DNA of 64,000 bases from Pristiophorus japonicus (taxonomy: Eukaryota): NCBI RefSeq assembly GCF_044704955.1, contig NC_091984.1, positions 144,212,001 to 144,276,000 of the forward strand, in the 5' to 3' direction. The position numbers were made by a program, and so were the translations under genes. Of this stretch, positions 27,211 through 37,830 are shown in pieces; the first letter of the stretch is position 1; the number at the start of each line of letters is the position of its first letter. The notes beneath the pieces are model-generated. The model made no database searches. It was not told the DNA's origin and saw only the letters and a program-made list of their open reading frames with translations.

Positions 27211-30200
27211 GGGGAGTGTAGAATTTACCAATATTTCGCAAAGATTCCTTGTACCTTTCCCCTGCAGAGGGGAAGAATCCCTTTCTGGACTTTTAAAATG
27301 GAAGGAAAAACCTCGGGACATAAATGAGTTTAAAGGGCAGACGAGGCCTGCAGGGGATAAAAGGGGGTACATTCATGGAGACCCCCCCCTCCACCCCCCA
27401 GTGTTTGGACTCATAGGAAAGGGAATTTAATTTGGAACTCGATGAACATTTTGGTATCCTCGGAAAAACTCTGCGGAAGATACCTAAGAGCTTTATAAGT
27501 TTAAATCTCTAAAGCAGCATGTTGGAAGAGACTGCCAGAACAGAGGGTGGGACTTCAATCAGGAATTGGGTCTTCAATTTGTCTGGGAGAATGAGTCGAT
27601 CGATAACTAACAAGAACTGTGAGACATAAAAATTCACTCCCTAGTGAGAATAAACGCATCAAGAGCTATCAGGCTAATCACCGGAGACCATTAGGGGCAT
27701 GCATGTGCAAATAGACCGATAGAATTCACGGGCCCAGCCCAACGGCTCAAGAATTTAAACACTGCTCCAACAATGCCAACCGGTGATTTTCCACATTAAC
27801 ACATTACTGCTGAACAAGCCCGACAAATTCTGACAAAGAAGAGAGCTCAAAACTAATGAGCAGCTCCCTTGAAACAAAGAGCTGGGCCAGATTTGGTGGG
27901 AGATAAGGAAGCCTTTTTGGGGTATATCTATTCCCAGTTTTACAAGGAAAAGAACACAAGCAGCAGGAGGTAGAGAGTGAAGAAATGGAGTCGTGGAGAA
28001 AACTACAAGAAATCATCAAGGACCGACCGAGCACGCTGACAGCAAGAGGCCCACGAAACGGAAGGTTGTCAGCAACCAAATTGACAACCCGGGCCACCAC
28101 AACCAGCGAAACGACCAACTGCAACCAACTCAGCAAAAACCGAAGAATCGACATTTATTTCCACTCTACAATCTACTTCTGAATGACCAACGGGTGAGAA
28201 ATTACTTAAAAGGACTAATTAAAACTATTCCGAACCAAAGAAAGTGGGTACTTACCCCATACATCCAAAACGCAATTTACCGCATCAATGGACTCACCCC
28301 AACTGAAGACTACGCAGTCCGAAGTCCTCTCCTCTGTCCGGGGTGCGGCTCGCCTAGAAGGCCAAGTGCAGCGAACCCCAAAACCGCGATTCACCGGCAA
28401 CTGTAAAAAGGATTGGTGAGCATCGCCCCTGAACCCCCAGAGCTATAACTTAGTTAGCTAGGGGAATTGTGAGTGGGGTGGCTGGGATAACTTGTGTAAA
28501 TGTATCTGCATTCTCCTATTTACCCCATGTATTCTTTTCCCCAAAGGCCGTATGTTGACAATTTATTCAATATGTTGCACCCCTCAGGGTATTGGTATTA
28601 CTATTCTGTGTGTGTTATTAAAGGTGTGTCCTTTTACTTCCTTTTAGACACAATAAAGCTATACGTGCTTCTGACTTTGAAACCGATTGTCTGTCCAAGT
28701 CTGTCACAGTCCCTTCATAATTCCAGAGTCTAGAACCAAGGGTGTGGGAGCGGTTCGAAACCGCTCATATAAGGTCAGAAGGGAAAGCTGACCCCCCAAA
28801 AACCACCCCTTACATAATACTCAATGTATCAAGACAGGAACATTGTCAACATTGATTGTGACACCATGCACTCACAACCTCCCCATAGTATGCACAATGT
28901 GAGCACCAGACCCGAGGACAGAACCCAAGGAGATGTGCCCAGCACCAATCCAGGACAATGATCAATGTAAAGCCAAAGCTGAATGTTATCAGGGCTGCTT
29001 TGCCGATGATTGCCCTGTGATCGCGGGCACCAGCAGCACACACACCTCTTGTGGGTACAGTCGTGTTGTGGTTATGTTGCTGCAGAGCACTCCACAGGCC
29101 TGCACTAATAATCCCCACAATCTCACCATGGCCCTTTGACTATTTCAATTCAGCTCTTTTTTAAATGCTGGAAATAAAAAGCTGGTCTCAGTAAAAGTGA
29201 CCACAAAGCTGTCAAATTGTCACAAAAGCCCAATTGGTTCAGTGACGTCCTTTAGGGAAGGAAACCTGCCATCCTTGCCACATAAAAGGTTACTGCCCAA
29301 GATAAGAGCTCACGGGGTTGGGGGTAATATATTAGCATGGATAGAGGATTGGCTAACTAACAGCAAACAGAGAGTCAGGATAAATGGGTCATTTTCAGAT
29401 CGGAAAACTGTAACTAGTGGGGTGCCGCAGGGATCAGTGCTGTGGCCTCAACTATTTACAACCTATATTAATGACTTGGATGAAGGGAGCGAGTGTAATG
29501 TAACCAAATTTGCTGATGTACAAAGATAGATGGGAAAGCAAGTTGTGAGGAGGACGCAAATGGATATCGAGAGGCGGAGATAGGGGTCAAAGATTTAGCA
29601 GATGGAATATAATGTGGGAAAATGTGAGGTTATCCACTTTGGTAGGAAAAATAAAAATTATTTAAATGGGGAGAGATTACAAAATGCTGTGGTACAGTTC
29701 ATTGATATCTTCCTGCAGTCTGCAGCTTTCTTCTTCATCATCAACCACACAGCCGTAATATGTTGTAATATATGTATATCTGTAAATACCTTGTTAACCA
29801 CCACAGCGCTCATCCCCTGGAGTCCCAAGGGATCCCACAATCCCTTGAGAGCACCTGTACTTAAGGAGGCCTCACAGGCTGGAAAGGCACTCTGGAGACC
29901 TGCAATAAAAGACTAAGGTCACACTTTACTTTGAGCTCACAATATCTGGTCAGACTCTTTATTCATACACTACAACAGCGAACGAACCCACCCGCAATGA
30001 TTCAGAGAACAGTGGGCATCCTGGAGAAATATTTGGAAGGAGATGATTGGGAAACCTTCGTGGAGCGACTCGACCAATACTTCATGGCCAAGGAGCTGGA
30101 AGGAGAAGCGAACGCTGCCAAACGAAGGGCGATTCTCCTTACTGCACCAACGTATGGCCTCATGAAAAATCTGCTTGCTCTAGTGAAACCCACAGAGAAA

Positions 30201-33200
30201 TCATATAAAGATTTGTGCACACTGATCCTGGAGCATCTTAACCCGAAGGAAAGCGTTCTGATGGTGAGGTACCGGTTCTACACGCGCCAAGGGATCTGAA
30301 GGCCAGGGAGTGGCGAGCTATGTCGCCGAGCTAAGACGTCTTGCAGGACATTGTGAATTTGAAGGACATTTGGAGCACATGCTCAGGGACTTCTTTGTAC
30401 TTGGCATTGGCCATGAAGTATTACTTTGCAAACTTTTTACTGTAGAGACCCCAACCTTGAGTAAAGCCATAGCGATAGCACAGGCGTTCATCGCCACCAG
30501 TGACAATAACAAACAAATCTCTCAGCACTCGAGTGCTGCGACAAGTACTGTGAATATAGTAATGTTGTTTTTGAATGATAACGTACAGGGCAGGCCTCAC
30601 ATGCCTGCAGCTGCACGTCCGCAGATGTCTCAGAGTCCACCATCACGGATGATGAATGCAAGGCCATTAACACCTTGTTGGCGCTGCGGGGGTTGTCATT
30701 GTTTCCATTCATACCGCTTCAAAGGATATGTTTGCAAGGGCTGTGGAACAATGGGACATCTCCAACGTTTGTGCAGGTGAGCTGCAAACCCTGCTAATCC
30801 TGCAAACCAGCATGTTGCAGAGAGGACAGATCCACGGCAGATCACGACAAACCTAGCCTCAGACACAGGAGGCAGAGATATATGGGGTGCACACATTTAC
30901 CATAAAGTTTCCCCCGATAATGCTGAAGGTTGAATTAAATGGACTCCTGGTGTCAATGGAGCTGGACACGGGCATGAGCCAGTCCATTATGAGCAAAAAG
31001 ACTTTTGATGAATTGTGATGCAGCAAGGCTTTAAGGCCAGTCCTGACTCCCATTCGCACTAAACTGAGAACTTATACAAAGCAACTGATTCCCATAATCG
31101 GCAGTGCTGCTGTAAATGTCTCCGACGATGGAGTGGTGCACAAGTTACCACTCTGGGTGGTATCGGGCGATGGCCCCACGCTGCTCGGCAGGAGCTGGCT
31201 GGGGAAGATACGCTGGAACTGGGACGACGTCCGAGTGCTCACGCCCGTCGACAACACTTCGTGTGCCCAGGTCCTAAACAAGTTCTCCTCGCTGATCGAA
31301 CCAGGTATCGGGAAGTTCCAAGGAGCAAAAGTGCAGATCCACCTAATTCCGGGGGCGTAACCCATCCATCACAAGGCGAGAGCAGTACCATACATGATGA
31401 GAGAGAGGGTGGAGATCAAGCTGGACAGGCTGCAATGAGAGGGCATCATTTCATCGATCGAATTCAACAAGTGGGTCAGTTCGATTGTTCCAGTCCTCAA
31501 GGGAGATGGCACCATCAAAATCTGTGGTGATTACAAAGTAACTATCAATTGTTCCTCCCTGCAGGTTCAATAGCCGCTACCAAAGGCAGATGACCTTTTT
31601 GCGACACTGGCGGGAGGAAAGGCATTCACGAAGCTGGACTTGACCTTGGCCTACATTACGCAAGAGCTGGAGGAATCATCGAAGGGCCTCACCTGCATCA
31701 ACATGAACAAAGGTCTCTTCATTTACAACAGATGCTTGTTTGGGATTCGATCAGCCGCGGCGATATTCGAGAGAAACATGGAAAGCTTACTGAAGTCAGT
31801 CCCACACACCGTGCTCTTCCAGGACGACATCTTAGTCACAGGTCGGGACACAGTCGAACATCTGAAGAACCTGGAGGAGGTTCTTATGCGACCCGGGTTA
31901 AAATGCTCGAAGTGAGTTTTCCTGGCGCCTGAAGTGGAGTTCCTGAGGAGAAGAATCGCGGTGGACAGCATCAGGCCCACCAATGCGAAGACGGAGGCAA
32001 TCGAGAACGCACCAAGGCCACAGAACGTGACAGAGCTGCGGTCGTTTCTAGGACTCCTGAACTAATTTTGTAACTTCTTACCGGGTCTCAGCACACTGTT
32101 AGAACCAATGCACTCTTTACTGCATAAAGGAGGCGAATGGGTATGGGCAAAAGCCAAGAAAATGCCTTTGTAAAACTTAGAAAACTGTTACAACACAAGC
32201 AATTTGTTTGAGCATATGATCCATGTGAGTGTTTGGTGTTCGCATGCGATGCATCGTCATGCGGTGTTGGTGTGTATTGCAACAAGCTAATGAATCTGGG
32301 AAAATTACAACCGGTTGCTTATGCATCCAGAAGTCTGTCTAAGGCTGAGAGGGCCTTCAGCATGACTGAAAAAGAAGCGTTAGCGTATGTTTATGCGGTA
32401 AAGAAAATGCATCAATATCTGTTTGGGCTCAGATTTGAATTGGAAACTGACCATTAGGCACTGATATCCCTCTTGTCTGAAAGTAAGGGGATAAATACGA
32501 ATACATCAGCTCGCATCCAGAGATGGGCGCTCACGTTGTCCACACACAATTACACCATCCGCCACAGGCCAGGCACAAAAAATTGTGCCGATGTTCTTGT
32601 AAATGTAGATTCTTTTCTCTCAATCTGGTTCAGTAAAATTACTGAGTCGAATACCTCTTGTGCTTTGAACAAAGCAGTCTTTATTTTACCGGCCGGCAAG
32701 ACTTATCAGACAGAGGATATATTCTCTCGATCGAGCGTACACACTCCCTACGGATAAGTGAAGTTACATCGTAAAGCGACAACAGTTATACATTCTCGGC
32801 AAAAGATAACAAGATAGGGCTAGAGTGACATCCTAGTTCAACCTATCTCTTTTGGTCCCTCTTTCCCTTTGTCCACTCATAAGCCGACCTAAGTATGGTC
32901 TGATTTTAAACAAAGACCTTCTGTTAATGTTTCAAGTTAATAACATGATTTAATAAGACCTTGAGGTTTTTCTGCAAGCTGTGGGTTTTGTTTCAATATG
33001 TGTTAGTGTTGTAACATTTCGCAGTCTCGAGTCCGAGATGTCATGGCTATTCCTCCATGAATTCTTTGTTAGCTTATACTGTCCCTATACAATTCCCACG
33101 TTCTCAACTTCAATATCTCTATACATTTTAAACATTCACATTGCCCCCTTTTATCATTCCACGATAACACTTAGGATCATTCTAGGAGTAAAATGTATAG

Positions 33201-33580
33201 GGAATGTGAACACACCTAATATCCAGAAAAGTTCCCATTTTGCGCATAAACATAAGACATGTAGCTCTCGTCTCTGTCTCCCCTCCCATGCACCGAAACT
33301 GTCATATATCAACACTAGTATACAGACTGTGGCATACAGACAGCTTCATCTTATCGCTCAGGATTCAGATAAATAGTCCAATTATTTTGCTGATTAAAAG
33401 AGTTCAGTTTTCCCGTCTCTCTTCTCAGGTCACCGTCGGTGTAGCTGGCTATCTATCACTACGGGTAAAAGTTCAAACTGGTCCACGTTTCAATTAGGAT
33501 GCCAACGGCCTTGTTCAGCTATGGAGAAGAGGAAGTCTGGAACAGAAACAGGAGTTAGAATAACCAGTAAAATAGGTTCG

Positions 33581-35020
33581 TTAGAGGGTGGTGAGCTTGC
33601 AGTGGTGCAGGTGAACCCAGGCACTTTTCCCCTCAACCTTGGCTGCAGTGGGGGTAGTGAGTAACACCTGAAAAGGCCCCTCCCATTATGGCTCTAATCC
33701 CTTCCGAATCCATACTTCCCTGATGCCACGAGGGACAATTCGGGTAAAACTGGAAGGTCGAGGTGAGCATCTTGAACCTGGTTGTGAACTAGTCGCAGAG
33801 CCTGAGTCAGAGAAAGAACATAGGTGGTCATCAGTCGAGCTGAGATCTCATATCTAGGAACAATTTCCCTCATTAACACCTTAACAACAGTTTGAGCCTT
33901 ATTGTCCAGGTTAGGGTAGGCTTCAATCCATCTGCTAAACACATCTACTATTACTAACACATATTTGTAATACTGAACTTTTTGCAACTCAATGTAGTCC
34001 AACTGAAATGTCTCAAAGGGACCTTCGGGTAGGGGCGTTTTACCCCAATCACAGGGGACTCCCTTCCCTGGATTATGTTGCTGGCCAACCAGGCAACGAC
34101 TACTGATGTTCTGGGTGAGCGCCTGGAGTCTAGGGTGCCACCAAGTAGCCAAAAGTGTGTCACTCATGGTCCTTGCTCCACAATGAGTAGCAAAATGCAT
34201 ACATTCAATAACCCATAGAGCCAACTTATCAGACATGCAAGTCTGTTCCGCGGGAGTGGTCCAGAGTTTAGAAACATTGTCATAAGTACATGCATAATAT
34301 TTCCACAACAGTTTATCTTTTTCAGGAGCGTCCTCCTGTGCTTTTATAACATCTTGGATGGTTGGCATTGGTTTTTCCGAGGCTAACTTATCCTTCGCAG
34401 GATTTTTAGTCTGACTCATAATTTTGGGCACTACCATCTGTTGGTCACGAGAGGCCTGTTTGCCCTCTTGGTCAGCACAACGATTCCCTATATCAACCAG
34501 AAAATTTCCGGTAGTGTGGGCAGTACATTTGACAATGGCAATGCGTTTGGGGAACATGAGGGCTTGCAACAAATCAGATACGAGCTGTTTATGAGATATC
34601 TCATTCCCCTGTGAGGTTAGGAATCCCCTATTTTTCCATAATTGTCCGAAATCATGGGCCACCCCAAAGGCATACCTAGAGTCGGTATAGATATTGACTT
34701 TGAGATCTTTGGCCAAGATACAGGCTTGGGTGAGGGCGAATAGTTCAGCTTGTTGAGCAGAATAGGCAGTTTCAAAAGCGGCAGATTCCAAGACCTGATT
34801 CTCCTGGTTTACTATGGCGTATCCTGAGATTCATGTACCTTCTGGATTAATTCCATCAACATACATAATATAGTCTGGATCTTCGATTGGTACATCAACA
34901 AAATCTTCCCTGATGTGGCCTCTTAAATTAAAGATAAACAATCATGACTGGGTTCTTCCTCGTCTTGGGGTGGCTCAGTAAGAAAACAGGCCAGATTAAT
35001 TGCAGTACAGTGACGAAAGG
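33581..35020 (-). pseudogene. pol: ERV RNase H and internally deleted integrase
   Basis: SAQQAELFAL, IYTDSRYAFGVAH, KCTAH, GNRCAD; MHFATHCG; QLDYIEL, VDVFSRWIEA; [16 protein letters not shown]...WVHLHHCK. Confidence 0.85.
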
Positions 35021-35950
35021 TCAGTTTAGGATTGCCTGTGATTTCAGTGGGTTCTGTCGGAGAGAGGGCCAGTCCACATTGCCCTGCACTGGGATCTCAA
35101 TCGGATCAATGGGAGTATAACCCACTTGGGAGGGGTCCTCTGCCCACACATGAGGATCCACATAGTCAGGTATGTCCGAGCCAGTATGATGCTGTAGAGT
35201 CGTTGAGACCTTCTCGGGGTCCCTATGAAATTGAACTGTTCGGCCATGTTTTACGATTTGCACATCCCGGCTGGTCGGGTCAGCCTCATCTATGGCCTTG
35301 CATACCATAACTCCCAAATCTTTAGCATGGTGAGGGGCTAATACTTCACGAGCAATATGCGGTGCCATTGTTAGGGGCTGTTTCCACAGATTCTTATCCA
35401 CTTCCACAAAATCTGCCTCTCTTTCCAGTCCAGTCACTCTAGCCCTTAATAGAATTCCCTTCACTTCCCCTTCGTGATCCTGATAAAAGTTCTGCAGGTC
35501 CTGATTCTTTCCACTGGGATCGTATGCTAGGGTCACATGATAGGGTGCCTGCGGCAGGTCCAGAGACCACCACTGAGGGGTTCTAGTGGTATAATACTGC
35601 CGCTTAAGGGTTTCCTGTTTTACAATAATCCCATCATCTCCACACTCCAAATGCAACTGGAATTTGCAGAGGAGGTCTCTAGCCATCAAGTTACAGTCCA
35701 GATTGGTTGTGATAACAACTCGATGTTCCACCGATTCTTCCTGGTAACCCATTTTAACCGGTTCTGACACTGGGAATGTTGAGATTTGTCCCAGGAATCC
35801 TGAAAGTTCCTGTGTTTCAGTAGAGGCAGGGAGTTTAAGCTTTGATTGTACAGAAGACATGAAGGCTCCCGTATCTATCAAAAAGGGTTGCCACTCATTC
35901 AGAATGGGTTCGTCGTCCGGGGAGGATCCCTGCACAATCAAGCTGCGTAG
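35021..35950 (-). pseudogene. ERV protease + 2H-phosphoesterase-like domain + first residues of RT
   Basis: 306-aa open frame: FLIDTGA, NLMARDLL, PYHVTL, APHIAR, then VWAE...VG...PSLRQNPL (RT start). Confidence 0.75.
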
Positions 35951-37331
35951 TCAATCGGGGGACAATTGACCAAAGGAGTTGTTTCTGGGAGAAGTTAGTG
36001 TAAGATCCTCCTCTCCCCCCTTGCCCCCCTCCTCTTCCTCCTCTTCCTTTTCCATGCTGACGGTAGGGGCAATTTTTATTCCAATGTCCTTCCTGCCCAC
36101 AATTAAAACAGTCAATTCCTCTTACCCAGTCCCGGCCTCTTCCCATACCATGCCGGGGACAATAGGGAGGTTTATTAGCAGGGCTCGGGCCGTTTGGTTG
36201 TTTAGTATAACCGTATCCTTGCTTATCTATCCAATCCTGTATGCAACACTGCGGTTCTATTGATCATTCCTCCCGAGATGGCTCTTCCTTTCTAGTCACG
36301 TATTCAGTTTTGACCCGGGTTGGGGGCGCACCTCCCCCCTCCCCTTTCTTTTCCTGCCAATAATATCTAACTGCCCTTTCCATTTGTCCGGATAGCGTGA
36401 GCAATCAAATAGTTGTTCGAAGATCACATAGACATCTATAGAGAGGTGGTCTGCAGCTTGTTGTGCATCAGGGTTTGGCATTGGTCTGACAGGGAATTGG
36501 TGTCGGGACTTTGGGATCTTGGAAATCATTTCTAGGTCGGAGGATGTTTCGGAGCTGTCTGACTGCTTGACAGTTCTGCGTCTCGATCGGCGGGGGTGTC
36601 TGCCATGTCTTTCACAACTTGGACTGGTAGATTGACTAGAAGATTTACGGGACTGTCTGTGATGTCGAGATATAGTTCTGCCCTTTCGAGTGTGAGATCT
36701 GGTCCTTTCGGCTATATTGCTTGTGAACTGGGGATCCGAATCGCTATCAGAGGATGAGGAGTCAGTTTGGGTTTGTTGCTTTGGTGGTATGGGGTTATTT
36801 TTAACTCCTCTCGCCGGATTGTAAGGTGGAGGGTGTTGGGAAGAGGACTGGAGCAAGGGGCCAGGGGGTGCGGGAGGCGCCGTTGGGCGCTGAGTCAGTG
36901 ACCACTCATCAATTTCATCATCAGCCTCGGTTAACACAAAGCCAGCCATTTTACTACATAGTCGGTCAATACCTTTCTCAGAGGTCCCAGAGGATCTCTT
37001 AGTAAGTTTCTCATGCGCACATTCTTTTTTTTTTAAGACGTCTACAGTTTTAACATGTGTTCCCTCTGTCAATGAAAGTCCTAATTTAATAGCATTTGTT
37101 TGCCAACTTGACAGAAGTGATGCATCTTTAAATTTTTTTTTTGACAATCCCTGTGCTTTTTTTTACTACCTCTACGCTTCTAGTGCCACCTAGAGGCCAC
37201 TGGTCATCTCCTAATAATTTGTTTAGGGCTCCTGATAATTTTCTAAAGTCTTCAGCTCTTTCAGGGAATTCTTCACATAACTTTTGTAACGAACTACCCG
37301 CATCCGTTGTTTTATCCAATTGATTACCCAT
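35951..37331 (-). pseudogene. gag: ERV gag (MA, PPPY late domain, deleted CA, NC), frameshifted
   Basis: MG start at 37331; HPPPY; CCHC knuckle; RGG-rich tail; TGA at 35951-35953. Confidence 0.8.
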
Positions 37332-37429
37332 TATCGTATCATTACGCATTCACGTAGTCGTGCGATTTAAACAAACTTAAAACGAATAGACTTTACTGAA
37401 AAACAGACTTTACTGAAAAACAGACTTTA

Positions 37430-37830
37430 CTAATCTAACACACAGCCGCGTCGCCCCGTGGCTCGCGTCTCCACGCGATTCCACCGAAACATACTTGACA
37501 AACTCAACATATAGCCACGTCGCCCCACGGCTCGCGTCTCCACACGATTCCACCGAAACACGCTTGACAAACTCAACACACAGCCGCGTCGCCCCGCGGC
37601 TCGCGTCTCCACTCGATTCCACCGAAACACGCTTGACAAACTCAACACACAGCCGCGTCGCCCCGCGGCTCGCGTCTCCACGCGATTCCACCGAAACACG
37701 CTTGACAAACTCAACACATAGCTGCGTCGCCCCACGGCTCGCGTCTCCACGCGATTCCACCGAAACACGCTTGACAAACTCAAAACACAGCCACGTCGCC
37801 CCGCGGCTCGCATCTCCATGCGATTCAACC
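37430..37830. repeat. 69-bp CpG-rich tandem repeat (~6 copies) in the ERV 5' leader
   Basis: Unit CCACCGAAACACGCTTGACAAACTCAACACACAGCCGCGTCGCCCCGCGGCTCGCGTCTCCACGCGATT; a CG-rich low-complexity tract follows at ~37890-38105. Confidence 0.9.

Larger units (their letters stand above)
11823..28814 (+). mobile_element. Full-span retrovirus-like LTR element (dual RNase H; lokiretrovirus-like candidate) with nested insertions
   Basis: ~1.6-kb LTRs 11823-13416 and 27217-28814 (TGTA...TACA); PBS TGGCGACCACGAA at 13420 (tRNA-Arg-like); gag-pro-RT-tether-RH-IN order; candidate TSD AATACT (11817-11822 / 28816-28821, offset by 1 nt). Confidence 0.85.
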
